NCBI GenBank assembly: GCA_964035545.1 | Contig: OZ037770.1 | Coordinates: 2,572,462-2,636,461, forward strand | Length of the DNA: 64,000 nucleotides | Direction: 5' to 3' | Origin: Bugula neritina | Taxonomy: Eukaryota; Animalia; Bryozoa | In this document: one piece after another, positions 1 through 55,248 of the stretch | Numbering within the stretch: the stretch's first letter is position 1 | How the letters are laid out: each line of letters starts with the position of its first letter | Position numbers and translations under genes: made by a program | Notes under the pieces: model-generated | Seen by the model: the letters and a program-made list of their open reading frames with translations, nothing else | Databases searched by the model: none | What the model was told of the DNA's origin: nothing

Positions 1-77
1 GCAACAGGCAATCAGCAACAGGTAATTAGCAACAGGCAATTAACAACTGCTTAATGGACAATTGGCAACTCTGAGAT

Positions 78-943
78 ATAACTCAAGTAATACATAATAT
101 ATAACTCAAGTAATACATAATATATAACTCAAGTAACACATAATATATAACTCAAGTAATACATAATATATAACTCAAGTAATACATAATATATAACTCA
201 AGTAATACATAATATATAACTCAAGTAATACATAATATATAACTCAAGTAACACATAATATATAACTCAAGTAATACATAATATATAACTCAAGTAACAC
301 ATAATATATAACTCAAGTAATACATAATATATAACTCAAGTAATACATAATATATAACTCAAGTAACACATAATATATAACTCAAGTAATACATAATATA
401 TAACTCAAGTAATACATAATATATAACTCAAGTAATACATAATATATAACTCAAGTAATACATAATATATAACTCAAGTAACACATAATATATAACTCAA
501 GTAATACATAATATATAACTCAAGTAACACATAATATATAACTCAAGTAATACATAATATATAACTCAAGTAATACATAATATATAACTCAAGTAACACA
601 TAATATATAACTCAAGTAATACATAATATATAACTCAAGTAATACATAATATATAACTCAAGTAATACATAATATATAACTCATGTAATACATAATATAT
701 AACTCAAGTAATACATAATATATAACTCAAGTAACACATAATATATAACTCAAGTAATACATAATATATAACTCAAGTAATACATAATATATAACTCAAG
801 TAATACATAATATATAACTCAAGTAATACATAATATATAACTCAAGTAATACATAATATATAACTCAAGTAATACATAATATATAACTCAAGTAATACAT
901 AATATATAACTCAAGTAATACATAATATATAACACAAGTAACA
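78..943. repeat. 23-bp minisatellite (ATAACTCAAGTAATACATAATAT)n, ~37 copies, intronic in YARS1
   Basis: ACTCAAG recurs every 23 nt (81, 104, ...); variant unit has GTAACAC. Confidence 0.95.
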
Positions 944-1030
944 CGGAAGAATAAATTAGCTATCACTAAGAATGTAGACAGTATATACAGAAAGACAAAG
1001 CACCAGTGAGAGCTAACCGCCAGTGCCTAC

Positions 1031-4000
1031 CACTGTTGTCCTTGACATTGAAGAGGACGTGTTTGACGAAGGCCCGAACCCCGTTATCCGTGACGTTTCC
1101 GGGCTCGCAGAACGCCATCTTTAGCTTCTTTTTCATTTGCGCAGCCGAGTCCAACAAATCTATTTTTGAGGAGTCGTCCGATGAGCTCATCTTGGCTCCA
1201 GCGAGTCCAGGAACTGAGAAACACACGAGATGATAGACCAAAGGCTAGATAAGAGCAGAACTGAGGCTAGATAAGAGCAACTTGTAGAAAGTAGAGGGTT
1301 GGGGATGGATATTCAATAGAGACTAATACTGTGTAATTCAGGAAGAAAGATATTTATGTATACACATGCAAGAAATTTCGATCTTGGTTTGTGACCAGAA
1401 ATATTTTGTCACGCTTTGGTAACTTTGATGTGTGTAGAGAAGATAACTAACAATAGTAGTAGTGATAACTCAATAGAACTGATAGAAGAATATGCATTCA
1501 TAAGAGACATGCTGTCATTTCACTCTACATTTTAAATATAGAATAGTTTCAGTTTACTCAATGAAGATAGAAACGGGTAGTATTTGTATAGATGTGGTCG
1601 GATGTTATATAAATATTATATATAATGACAAGGTATACCGTAGGCCTATGGAACAACCGCTTTGTAACTGCTTAAAGCCATGGATCTATTAGGTTACTGA
1701 ATAGGGAACATACCGTGCCCCCCTCCCATTCCAATTTTCATACTGTAAATATTTCACAGTACAATCTCAATTACTGCCTTGCTCACCAGTTTTAGGAGAA
1801 AATAGTTGAGGACCTACCCATAGGGTTCATGAGATGGGCCCTCTGCGCATAGCCCAGTTTGGGCAGATACTTTTCAGCAAATGTGAAAATCTTTCGCTGA
1901 TCTACTCCACCGAACTGTGCATCACACTTCAAATATTCTTCATCGAGCGCTTGTAGACCAGGGTACAGCATTCCTGTAAGGAGCCGACATTATGTCATGA
2001 CGTTATGTCACCGACTAACACAGCTATTTATTAAATCATTACCCTTTCCAGTTGACCATAAAATGGCTGTAATATTTCAACCTGCATGTCTTGAATAATA
2101 AATAAGATAATTTGACTTGATAATCAGTCAAACTAATTAGGACAGAGTTACATTGGCTCTTTAAGTTGAGTCAGTCAAACTCATAAATTACGCTACAGTC
2201 ATGGTATTTACTCAACACTAGGAAGTGTAGCTGTCATATGCCTTCAAGCTAATTATTCTATCAGCAAAACTTTTATCATATTTATAAGGAAGTGGAGGAG
2301 GGCAAAGTTCTCTTTAATCATATTTCTGAGATGTAGTTAGACAATCTGGATACAACTCACGTAGCCGGTAAAACTGGCACAAGTGGCAAAGTAGGTAGAG
2401 ATGGCACATTTTCAATATTATGTTAGGGGTGAGAGCGGGAGGATGGGGGTTTGAGTTTAGGGTTTGGGAAAATTTAACATCAGTTTGCCATTTTTACTTA
2501 TTTTCCATTTGTGCCATTATTACCTAAATCATACACTACAGTACAATACACAATTAAATAACCTAGACATACACTGCAGTAAGAGACATATTATATATTA
2601 TATTATATATTATATAGTGCAGCACTATCTCAATACGATATTATATTCTACATATTATATTACATTATGCTCAACTGTATTATATGTTATACTACACCAA
2701 TATCTCATACCATAGCATATTATATCAGAGTATATAATACCATATGAACAACTATAAGAGTTTACCACTTAGCAAGGGATGGTCAACCTGCTTAACCACC
2801 TCAGCGCCGGCCTTTTTCGCGTCGTGCTCAGTTACCATAGACGACAGTCTGTAAATATGTCTAGACATCAATGGATTGAAGCACATTAGCTATAGAAATC
2901 AGTGTGGACAATATCACAAACTGCATACACAAACCACTACCTAGAGTATAAGCTGGTAGAGCTCATTGCATGTAGTATCTTTACCTGTAGACGTCAAGTG
3001 TGTACTCTCGACTCAGTTCGTAGTCGGTTCCCTTCACGAACTTGAGTTTCTCAAGTGGCACTTCGATGGACTTGAGCATGGCCTTGATGACTCTCTGGTA
3101 GTATTCACACCTCTTCTCAAGCAGCGACCACGGGGCCTTCATGTTGTCCAGGTAGGCGTGCAGGTCAGCAAACAGAATGGTTACCTGTAAGCATTCACGT
3201 GGTATGACATCATGTCGTCTGCATGTAGTCATGTGACACCATGTGGTCTGCATGTAGTCATGTGACGCCATGTCGTCTGCATGTAATCATGTGACACCAC
3301 GCTGTCTGCATGTAGTCATGTGACGTCTAGTATAACAAGGTGTCTGTGCGCAGTAAACATTATGAAAGGGCACTCTTCAAGCTTGAAACATACAGAATAT
3401 TATATTTCTCTTAATAAACATAAAAATTAATATATACAAAAGGGCAAATGACAGACATCAAATTGCGACCAGCTTGTTCAAAATAGTAAGTATGCAGATT
3501 TACTCTGGATTTACGCAGGCACGAGCTAAAAGTGGACTGCGATAACAAACTAAAAACAAGAACACTATCTGGACCTGCCATCAGAGGTCAAAGGTTAGAG
3601 TCTGACGGACCTCTTTCACAGAGTCAACTTATGACTCAACTTCAAATATTACAGCTTGCTTTCTTATACCACATGATTTAGCTGCCTAACATCTTATGTC
3701 ATTCAGTAAACCCTAAGCTTAGCGTTTGCTACCAAGTCTTACCTCACATCCTGCTTTGAGGAAATCGGCCAGCTTGGACATGGGCACGAAGTAGGCTATG
3801 TGCGGTTTGCCGGTAGTGGCTGTTCCCCAGTAGACTTTCAGGTCTCTTTCCTTCAACACTGCCTTGATCTTATCTTCCCCCAACACTTCCTGGTAACACA
3901 GTAACCTAGATGTCTACATACTCACTGATTGGCTCATCACTCACTCACTCACACACTCACTCACACACACTACTCACTCACTCACTCACTCACTCACTCA

Positions 4001-4281
4001 CTCACTCACTCACTCACTCACTCACTCACTCACTCACTCACTCACGATACTATATAAAACATTATACATAAACTTCCAAGTTGATGATTTAATATTCAAC
4101 TAAAACGAACATAAATAACGCAAAGGAGTATTTGAAATTACAATAGAAAAATTGCCTATTACCGCACACACAGCTGCCCGTGATAGCCAAGCATACAAAC
4201 ATATAGGTAATGGGTCCCATGACTAACCTGCAGGTTTCTGCTTATCAGTGCATATTTTTCGTCTACAGAAAGGCCGGCCAT
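1031..4281 (-). CDS. YARS1: Cytosolic tyrosyl-tRNA synthetase, first six coding exons: 4228-4281, 3743-3889, 2985-3184, 2766-2848, 1818-1973, 1031-1213; 3' exons lie outside the window
   Basis: Spliced translation [18 protein letters not shown]|EVLG...[20 protein letters not shown]...[15 protein letters not shown]...[25 protein letters not shown]...[11 protein letters not shown]...AFCEPGN matches eukaryotic TyrRS (HIGH-like HIAY and KMSSS motifs); all junctions are GT-AG and phase-consistent. Confidence 0.96.
3937..4044. repeat. (CACT)n microsatellite in YARS1 intron 1
   Basis: Direct reading. Confidence 0.95.
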
Positions 4282-7200
4282 GTTCGATTTGATTCCTGGA
4301 ACCTAAGCACAATAACTAATATACGTAATACCATTGAAATACATCAAATGCTTTAGTTACTCTTAGTTTAAGTGTAACTTTCTAATTCACCAGTGGCTAT
4401 AAAATACTATTTGGGAGCAGCCATGGTCTAGGGGTTAGAGCATTTGCTAGTAAACACAAAGTATGGGTTTGAACCTCAGTAAAGGCCATTGGTGATGTTA
4501 GGAAGAGCATTCAGTCATAATTGCTCTTGTGTCACATATGAATAAGTCATTAGCACGTTTTAGCAAACACCAGTTTCTTCAGGAGTTTTTTCACAGGAAT
4601 GGCGACTATCAACTTGAGATTTTTAATAAAATATTATTTTTTATGAGATATTACTTATGAAGTAAAACCAGCAAAGGTTTGGCTCTGGCTCTAAGTTTTT
4701 TTCCCACAATGTCTTATTTTAAGCAGCAACCCAAACTAGTAAAAACAGTAGTTGTCCAAAAGCAACCTAGATAGTTACACAAACAATCATAATATTGGAA
4801 TTACCTTCCCCAATGCTATACAATTATAGTAGAAGTTTTATTCACTAATATGAAACAAAACTGATTAGAATTTATTCTAAACATATTTGCTTTAAGAGGT
4901 ACAAACAACATCACCAGGGGCACATAATAAACAGTTTGAGCTTGAGCCATTAACTTTATATCGTATATCTATAGAGAAATATTTCAACAAGCAGCTAAGA
5001 ACAGTTTTAGAGCTGTTTTAAATTTTGTGCACATACATCTACTAAACTTAGTAATGGTAGCCTTAAAGAATACTGATTATTACTAACTTTTATTACACAC
5101 TATTCTAAGATTGATAACAAGCTTCAAATACATGTTATATGAGCTGAAAAGTAAGAAAATAGATAAAGCAGTTATGCTACAGCAAAAGATGCTGTTTACT
5201 AAGCATTTGAAAAAATAGCCTGATTTCCACACATAATGATAAAATGCTGTAGTAAAACAATATGTAACTGAAAACTGAAGTTTGATCAGAACAGTGGTAA
5301 ATTATGTATCCAACATAATTAATTTTGTGTGGTAAAACGGTTGCAGCATCAAATTCAAATTTATTATTTAAATTCATCACCCAACCAAGAAATGGCAGAA
5401 AAAGGTGATGAAAAATTTCAATACTATTTCAATATATATTAAATATAATTTTAATATGTATACATATTCAATGTAAAGCAAAATTAAAACATAAGTCGAG
5501 TTTAAGCAACATAATAAAAATGAGCTGCTAAAACGAACACATATATAATTATAAATAAATCAATTTAGAAGCTTTATATTGAATTGTTTCCAAGCAACTG
5601 AAAGAAGCAGTCAATTTTATTAAAGTAATAGCTGTAAATAAATTTTACCCCCTTCCGTGACTCATTTATTATAAACAACGCTCACAAACCAAAGTAATAT
5701 AATAGCAATCAGTGAAATCAGTAAAGTTTTAAAAACCTAAAATTTAGCTACTCATTTTGCACACACATTTATAGCAAATTTGATAATTAGGTTAATGGTT
5801 AGATTAGATCTTTCAATACCTAATTTTGTGTAACATGAGTTACAGGCACACTTTGCAGCTCTTACTATCATACAATTAATTCATAAAATTAATTTCTAGG
5901 CACTTAAGTGACCTAGATTTAATTACAGTAGGTATATTGCAGTTAGAATACAACATTCGAAATTTGAGGGACTCATATTAATATTTAATTTGCTAGATAA
6001 AGTCTAAGTGAGTGGGTCATTCACTAAAACATCCATAATAAAGTCATGGACTCTATCACCATGTTCATGGTACTTAGTATATCATTAGAAGTTGTGATCA
6101 CCAGCAGGTATATCTGTCACCCTTACTATTTAAAGCAATAATGATCTCAGAGTTTGACTGCTACATAAAATAAAAACTATGCTATATACTTTTGTTAATG
6201 ATGGATGTTTAATTTTAACTCTAGTGCGAACAGAGCATAATAGTAAGTCAGTCTGTAAGTTAGTGTTAAAGTAAACGTAGCTACTCATAAAAATATTTCT
6301 AAGCTTATGGTAACTACAGTGAGGTTTATGATTTTATGTACTCATACTGTAAGTAATGATCAAAGTGACACCCCAAGACTGAATCCAATACCAACACTGA
6401 GCTTGGTGATTTATATTCACATGAATCATGTAAGAATTTAGTTTTACATCTCTAGAGTCAGTGAATAATTTATAGTTTAGCTTCAAGCTAATACTTATAG
6501 ACTGAAGTATTATTATTCTCAGTATAAGTATAGATTAAAGTCACCCTGCAATCACTGTGGTTATAATTATGGCATTATTATAGCTATACTTTCTCTGGAG
6601 CTGAGAGTTGGCAATCCCAAGTCAGTTTTACAAGCATCTTGTGATCTACTCGAATCCACATGAACAGTAATGAAAGTATAATAGTCAGTATGAGTATCAC
6701 TTTTAATACTACTAGTAATAGTCACTAATACCAATAGTAACTGTAAGTTGCTAGAAGTAGAAGTGAATGTTAAAGTCAAATTGTCGTTTTGACAATTACA
6801 ATCACTGACTGAGTTTTGATAAATCAATGATACTAATAGTAATAGTAATACTAGTCCTATTACTAATACTAAATTTAATAGTATTACTAGTATTAAATTT
6901 AATACCAATAGTAGTACTCATGCTTAACACTGACAGGCTTAACAGCGTAAGTATATATACCAATGTCAATGTGAATATCCCTGGCTACAGGCTAAAACCA
7001 TAGTCCATAGTGGTAGAGAGTATCAGTATAGCTCTCAGTCTCACTCTGAGAGGCAGTTAGTAATGGTAATACTAATAGTAATATTAATACTAATAATAAT
7101 AGTAATAAATAGTATAAGTAGTACTATTACTATTAGTATTACTATTAGTATTAGTATTACTAATTCATTAATTCACACTCACTCTGACTCTCGGAGTGAG

Positions 7201-10110
7201 ACCCAATCCCATACTGACAGTGATACTCATACCGATAGTGATACTGATAGTATGACTATCACTGTATCAGTGATACAGTGATAGTCATGATTATGATACT
7301 GTAACTGATACTCATACTCACTTGCTATGACTCATAGTCATAGTGATTAGTCATAGTCATACTGATAGTCATACTGATACTCATACTGTGAGCCAATGTA
7401 ATACTAATAGTTTACAATAAAATCAATTTAAATATTATAAATAATTTTAAAACACTAAATTTAAGTGCATAATCATAATGAATAGAAATAATATTCATTT
7501 TATCTATGGATCAAAATGAATGAAATTTCGTCAGACTATAAAAGCCAACGTCTACATGGCTTAGCGCGGGTCTACTGAATTGTCACCTTTTGGTTTGGGG
7601 GTTTCACACATTTTATTGAACCTAAATATCGAAACTCAAGCAATATTCTGCCTTCTGATCTCTCGCTGAACTCACAATAATTATTATTCGCCCGATTAAA
7701 TAAGTGTCAAAACTCTATAGTAACCGGTCGAAATGAACGGAAGACTTCATTGAAAAAGTACTCGCGAGTACGGAGTTATGAGCAGTTGAAATAAGGCCAA
7801 GTTTCAAATACTGAAAAGACAACTACCAAATATTTGCTCCGTGTGCCCATTTGATGCGCAGCAAACGATATTATAGAATATAGACCATGCAGACTTGTTG
7901 AATAGAAAACATTCGAATAATTATCATAATTAATGCAAGAATATAAAAGCTTAATGCAGTGGTGGTTTAATATTATTGGTGCAGAGAGCCAAAAGTGTTG
8001 GTATCTAAATAAATGCATCGAGCAAAGTTCTCTCCCTTGCTTGTTGGCCCAATATTCGTGCAGGGTAGAATCTAAAAAAATCAATGAGCTTTGCTAGGTT
8101 GGGTAACTAGCATGCAGTTGGCATATCCATGAAGTAAATACAATGCCCCATATTGTTCATTTAGTGAGTATACTGAGCATGTGCTGTCATCTCACAGAGA
8201 TATATGACGTATCTTCCGTGAATATTGGATGCTAGGGTTATGAAATTATGTGATGACCGTGGAGCATGTTGTGCTGTAATGATCTTGTGAGTTCAGGCAA
8301 CTAAGCAGAAAACATAATTCCTGGCAGCTTCTAGGAATAGAAAAGGCCTTCAATAGAATAAGTAGAATAACTTTATTGAGCTATATAAGTATTTACAATA
8401 GTGTCTATTTGTGGTGAGCTCCAGTTGTAGACTGGCTAATAATTGTGAGCTCGCCTTTTTATATATCAGCAAAAAATTCCCTTTCTAAGACTTCGTCCAA
8501 TCTTTGGTCGCAGTTCGGCGAAAGTTAAGAGTGGCAGAGCTGGACCGTGGTGAAGATCCCCATGTTCAGGCGCCCGGCATTTCGACTGTGCCGATCCTCG
8601 ACTGAAGATTGGTTCACACGAGAAAGTAACAATAATATATATAAAAAATGTGGACAAGGTAATTCTAAAAACTATCACAGTGCTACCCCCTCTTCCTATG
8701 CTTATACTTGGAGCTATGTCTATATGCCAGTATCAAGCAATTCTATCATGGTCAAAGTGTATTATGGCATTCCTTTGTGCCGCGCTGGGTGCCTATTGCA
8801 GCCCCCACCACCAAAACCTACGAACCAATCAAACTCAAGCTTGCCTTTAGAAAGAGGAGCTTCTGAGCGCCCAGACACACTTGGCTCCTCGAATTATCAC
8901 TAAGCTAACTAGTGTATAACCTTTATTGCCTTAACTACTTTTACTTTGATGTAATTTTACTTCATTTACGTTATAAATACACTGGTTCTGCTGCATTTAT
9001 ACTCAGTTAATCTTTCTCAGACTTCCACGCAAAGAGAAGTATGTTTTAGCATTGCAACACACACACAACTCACAATTGTAGGAGCTCGCAAAACTACAGC
9101 AATGTGAACTTTATCAACATTCCCTTACGGTGACTCGACTAGCTACAGTGCTATTGCGCCATAGGCCTTGTCATTTTTTTTTATTTTCCTCAATTAGTTT
9201 TTTCCAGTTTGTGATAAAATAAAACAAACAAACCAACATGATATAATATTGTCATTATACAAGTTTGCTTTTGATCTTGAATGAGGTAATCAGCTTTAAT
9301 TTCAGCATTGTTTTTGTTTTATATAAAATATAACTGTGAATAAACAAAATATAATAAAAGGAAACATAATTATTAAAATAAAACTTATGCTGTACAGCAG
9401 CTAAACTGTGGCATCATGCATTTGTTTTAGTAAAAGATAAGAAGCTTTTTAACAGACAATATTACACGACCTCTACGACGAAGTAGCACATCACTGTGTG
9501 TGTTACTCTGCAGAGGTGATAGTAGCACACCTGGAAAAGATGAAACCCTGTATACAATACATAATATTAACGCAAGCTGACCAAGGCTGGGTCTTCCCCC
9601 CCTGACACATTCTCTGATGTAATAAATATAATAAACTCCAAACTTCATTATTTCTGTAATGCTTTATACACAATCAATGCAGCTTACAAAAAGCGAGTCG
9701 TAAGACAAACTGTCTATGTCCATTGTCCAGTATATTAATATTCAGTGTTTATCCACAATAGAGTTGTCTAATTACACTACATATGATACAGTGTGCAATA
9801 GAGTAACACACCTAAACCTTTACTCATTTGAGAACCACTTGATACCATTGTAATAGTACACAAATTAAAAACAATTCATTCACAAAAAATAAAATACAAA
9901 AGGAAACGTTTTGCTACTGCTTAATACATTATGATAACAGCTGCAGGGTGGCTACATATCATCATGGACTGAGGCTAAGTGCTGTTGAGACTCCATAAAT
10001 GTTGCTTGGCATTGTGGGTAACATTAATGCATTGTGATAGAGCAAATGCACCAAGAGTAGCTTGTTATGCTCGTGATGAGGCATTATGGGTACTAGTCTG
10101 CAGTGATGCA

Positions 10111-49879
<39,769 letters not shown>

Positions 49880-50199
49880 GGTTACCAAATATCTTTACAA
49901 TTGAGTCATTTTAATGTGTTTCAGCTTAGAATTGGCAGTTCCAGCTACAACAGATATGAACTATAGAAAATACATTTAACTATTCTCTTTTGCCCATTTC
50001 GATTTGAATTATAAATTAATGGTGCATTTCATTACTTGAAACGACACTGTGTCGAGTTAATATGGAACTTACTTAGTAAAATACTATATATAGACACACA
50101 GATACCCTAATGCATAGCGTACTGCACAATCTTGATACATATCATATATGTAATAACTCGGTACATAGAATTGGTATGTCAAATTATATTACAAAAATA

Positions 50200-53100
50200 T
50201 ACAAGTAATATAATTTGACTTGTATATTTTCGTTCTTGTTCTTCTGCAATCCTCTTGATGGTCCTGTGTTTCTCTCTACAATTCTATTGCCGCTCAGAGC
50301 GTAAGCGGTGCGAAACCTCATAGCGATTCCCCACTTGCCAGAAAACTGCTCTACCGCTGCTGACCTAAACACCATGGAATTGTCTATGAGAAACTTGTAA
50401 TATGGCCCTGGCTCAACAACAACACTTTGTGATTGAGCAAAAATATGCTCTGCATACATGGTCTGCAGTCGTCGCCATATGGCAAACATTGATGGACCAC
50501 AGTCTATCATCGACAAGAAGCGTCGGCCCTAGTAGTGAGTCACACCAATGGCAACTCTGTTCCAGTTGTTTTTTACTGAGAAGTTTCTTGTTCACACAAA
50601 GCTTTCAGATCACAAGGCAGAATCAATTCTCAAAGATGCCTCGCACCCAGCGAGCTCTGTCTTTACTTGATATCAAAAACAGATCCCCACAAATCTGCCT
50701 AGCAGAATACAGAGTTTTATCAAAGCCATGTGGTGAGAAAAATGTGCGGCCTAATAAATTGAATCCTCGATACTTTCACCAGTGGCCAGTGCTACAGTCA
50801 CATCTGCACCAAGACTTCCTGTTTCTGTGTCTGTTTCCTGTTGATGGCATAATATGGCGTCTCCATAAAAGTGGTATACTCCACAGGGGCAAAAAGTCAC
50901 AGTAAAATGTGGGGGGACGTGTATTCGTAGGCATTTGAGTGTGGAGAATGTGCGTCGACAATCGCTACGTTTCCTGTTGGTGTCCTGTCCAATAATGACC
51001 TGTATCAAAGTTCGGGTTTGTCTGGTTGCCCAAGTCGTCCGTCGTAGTAATGCTAGGGGTAATTCCAGTTTTTCGGTGGTGTCCAGCTGTATAGCGTAGT
51101 CATCAGGGGTGGTTGTCGGCTGTTCCGTCGGCGTCGTCAGGTGTACGTCAGATAACATGCAAAGTCTAGCTTCAGATATGCCGTCCCAGTGTGTGGCGGG
51201 AGTGTCGAGTAGAGTCTGTATTTCGGAATATACAGGTACAATCTTGCCTGCAACAGAGTATTCGGATTCAAGCATGATGTTCTCGAAGCACACTTCCTGC
51301 GGGGGACTCCACCTAGTCAGTACGACACTGTGACTGAGTTGGCAACCAACAACCTCCTGGATTCCATAGACCATCCGGATGATTGCTCAACTCGAAGTCA
51401 CCAGTGAAATCATCTGACATCAGGAGTCCAACTTTATCATTATGATAAAGTGAGACTGAAGTCGGTTACTAAAATAAATTCAAATTAATATAAACATAAT
51501 CAGCTAGTAGACTTACCCTCTAAAACAGGTGTTGAACCAGCCATGCTGTTTTCTAGTCTGCTTTCGTAGGGCCCGTAGTAGCCAAGTTTTAGGAAACAAG
51601 ACGTGCTGTCTTCCTGCTGGTTGTAATTGAAAAAAGCGCTCCACACAGCTAGAGTGGTTATGTAATACCCTTCTCGCTAGTGTATTGGCTTCGCCCTGCT
51701 GACCCCTCAGCTCACCTAATCTATACGTTGCTGGACAGCATGCTATCAATTACTACTGTCCCACAGAATTATTTTGCACTGATAGACAGGTTATAATAAA
51801 TTGTACATGTTGACCAAGTCGCAAAGGAAGTCTTGTAAATAAGATGGTGGAGCTCTAGTACGTTGACTACTCTCCAACTGTACTAGGAGGGGGGCTGCTG
51901 CCACTGGCGACTCTATCACTACGGGTGGTGCCTCCAGTTTGGTGGGTCCACCAGTACGAGTGGTTCCCCTCTAGCTGCCTTCTCCTCGTAAATTCTAGGA
52001 GTTTCCTTCTCATCAGGGACGACAGGTGTGTCGGCCGGCTCCACAGACGGTGGGGCCAGCCCAGACCAGTTTTCGGATGTGTCAGCTGCCTCCTCCTGAG
52101 GTGGGGGCAGTCGGGACAAGTCAGTCGGCCACTCCTCTCTGATCTTGCAGCACCTCCTCCAACTTCATGTATGCCATGCCTCGTCCCTTCATGGTCGAAC
52201 GGCACGCAGGCTCTAGGAGTAGAGGGGCCTGTTCTGCTGCATCAGGACTCACCCGGTACGGCTTCAATCGTGCTTCTTTCTGAACCGACACTTGGCCAGA
52301 ACATTCCACTTTATACGTATGATTTGGCATCAACTCTATCACGCAATAAGGACCCACAAACTTCGGCTGCAAATTAGGCGCCTGTCTGCGTCGCCAGTGA
52401 TGACTGGTTATCCAGACCCAGTCGCCCACCTTATACAAAAGAGGGTCAACAGAGTGACTACTCCTGACCTGCCACTGCTGCTCACGTAGCACCTCGTGAG
52501 CCGTCTTCATGCTTTTAATGAGCTCATCCACGTAATCATGGACATTGCTCTCTTAAGCTGGAACATGATAGGATAGGTGTTCAGAAACCTGTGTTTCTCT
52601 CCCAAGCATGAGAAAGTTAGGGGTCTCGAGTGTACTGGAGTAAGGGGTACTACTATGATTTGCAGCATCACCAAGTCTCACTCTTCCTGACTCTCACCTA
52701 TCAGCAGGCATCGACTCGGTATGAAAACGCAGCCAGTATTTCAAGCCAGCCATATCAAAGAGGTGTGGTTTGTTTGTAATCTAAACGTACGTCCATACAG
52801 ATGTGGTATAAAGTGTTTGACCGCCTTGACTACCGCCAGTAGCTATTTCCTGGTTGTACAGTAGTTCATCTCAGGGGCCGAGAGAGCTTTGCTATAGTAA
52901 GCTACCAGCACCTCACGGCCATCTGGGACCTAAGACAGCGCATCTCCCACATTGTGGTCAATGGCATCAGTATCCAAAATGCACTCCTTTGCCTGATCAG
53001 GGTACGCCAAGATGGGCGCCTCCACTAACCAATCCTTGAGGTGTTTGAATGCCTGCTATTCTGCATACGTCTACTGCCAACGTATACCCTTTGCAGTCAG

Positions 53101-55248
53101 CCAGTTTAGCATCTGAGCAATTTTTGCAAACTCAGGTATGTACTGTCGATAGTACCCTAACAACCCCAGGAACGCTCGCAATTTAGGACGGTTGACAGGG
53201 ACGGCCCAGTCCCTCACAGCACGTACCTTCTCCGGGTCGTTGGCATCCCCGTCTCGACCGACTACGTGGTCCAGGTACTTAACCTTCTGTTGCAATAATG
53301 CACACTTACAGAGCTTGAGCTTCAGACCAACAGCTCGAAGTCTGTTAAACACCTCTCTGAGCCGGCTGACATGAATGTCGAAGTCAGGGTAGATGACAAT
53401 GACATCATCAAGATAGATTAGCAACGTCTTCCAGTGTCAACCACTCAGGTCCTGCTCCATGAGTTGCTGGAAGGTGGCCGGCGCAGACGTAAGTCCGATC
53501 GACCGCATTTTCCACTTTCAGAGCTCATCTCGCATAATAAACGTGGCCTTATCCTGTGCATCAGGACTCAGGGGCATGTGTCAATACCCGCTCAGCAAGT
53601 CTAGCGTACTGAAGAACTTGCTACCAGCTAAGGCATCTAACGACTCATCGATGCTAGGAAGAGGGTAAACGTCCTGGAGGGTCACGCTGTTCAGTTTGCA
53701 ATAATCCATGCAAAACCTCCAGCTCTCATCCTCTTTCCAAACCAGGACAACTGGAGAACTCCAAGCATCATAGGCTGGCTCGATCAGGTTCCGGTTTAGA
53801 AGGTCTTGCACCTGTCAGCTCACTTCCTTTTTCTTCTCAGAACCTAGCCGGCGGGTCAGCTATTTAATAGGCACCGTCCCCGCTGCCAGGGGTATTTCAT
53901 GACAGACAGCCTTAGCCAAGCCCATGTCATGGTCGCCCCAACTAAACACGTCTTTTTATTCAGAGAGTAGCCGCGCCACTACCAGGCATTCCCGTTTACT
54001 CCCACAGTCATCACAGGCATCCCCGTACAAATCTACCAAGTGTTCAGGCACCGGCCCCCTGCTGTTCCTAGTTGGTACTCTCTGGGCCTCGTTCGCTGTC
54101 TCCAGGGCGAGCCTGACATTCTCCTCCTGTAAAGAGTAGAACTCCCCCACTAGTGAACCAGCCGGCAAATCTACCGGCTCCGTGAAAGGGTTTACACACT
54201 GAACCAGGAACTTCCCCCGCTCCTCCAGCCTATTCAGGTTGTTAGCGAGCTGGACGCTCCTCAGTGCACCTTCTACCACTCCTAAGTCGAATATTTCCCT
54301 ACAGTTCACTCTGCAGCAAACTGTAGCCCGAGAGCGCCCAGGTACAGTACAGCGCTGTACCACCTGCACTCCCCCACCAAGGGTCGGCCAAATCGGTCGA
54401 CACAGGCCAGCTCACGCCCGGCCATCACCACCGCCGACTTGTTAAAGTCAATGTGGCACTTGTGTCGCTTCAGAAATGGCATTCCCAAGATGGCATCCTC
54501 CTTGAGTTGACTGACGATGAAGGTCTCGCTGATCACCTGATCACGGACTCTACCAGTCAACTCTATCACACCGTAAAAAGGAATACATGACCCGTCCGCC
54601 AACATGCCATGCTCCCCCCATATGGCTCCAGGTTTGCCTGGTCCTTGGTACTGAATGTGTCAAATAGACGCCGGCTCAGAAGATTTGTGGTACACCCAGG
54701 CATAACCGCAGCTGTATCAGAGTAACCCTGGCACGCCATCGACAGATGGCTGCCACATCACTGAATTCACTGATAAATTGCTCCACATCCTCTTTTCCTA
54801 AAAAGATGGGAGCCCGCAAGTGGTACCTGTCTATAAGCAGCGCTGGGCTGCCTAGTTTTCTGATCTCACTGACACTACAGTGGACACCTTTGTTACTCGT
54901 GGTTTAAAATTTTGCATGCAAAAATGCCACAGTTTTGCCCTAGGCTTAGATTATTATGCGTTTATTTAATACAATTTATACACAAGTAAAATTATACAGG
55001 ACTTAGAAAACAAGTTACATAATCGCAGACAGAATCCACACACTTATTGCTAGCTAATGTATACTGCCTGACTGCCGGCTATCCAAGCGTGCTGCTATCT
55101 TCTAATTAACTAGTCCTGCCTTTGTTCACAGCGTGCATCAGTAGCGTAATAAGTACTGTCAGGCCGAATATAGGAGAGACGCTAATAGAAAAGTAGCAGA
55201 AGAGTTGGAGTTGTCCTTTTGATAATACTGCTATACGAAATCTCTACA
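50200..55248 (-). mobile_element. Highly deleted Gypsy element 3 (gag remnant, PR, RT, RH, partial IN, ORF3 zinc finger; diverged LTR remnant ~54900-55248)
   Basis: Fragments 54306-54605, 53581-53811, 53071-53424 (YLDD), 52121-52531 (GPY); boundaries approximate. Confidence 0.85.

Noticed and set aside
78-943. Regular short repeats here and at 62750-63410 resembling CRISPR arrays
   Set aside because: Head-to-tail units with no unique spacers, no cas genes, eukaryotic context
6560-7390. Hydrophobic or Ser/Thr-rich ORFs 6567-6908 and 7063-7281
   Set aside because: Degenerate ACT/AGT/AAT low-complexity sequence with no domain or splice support; possibly poor consensus quality
8466-8903. ORFs in a slightly GC-richer island
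   Set aside because: No recognisable motif, termini or splice pattern; perhaps an unclassified repeat
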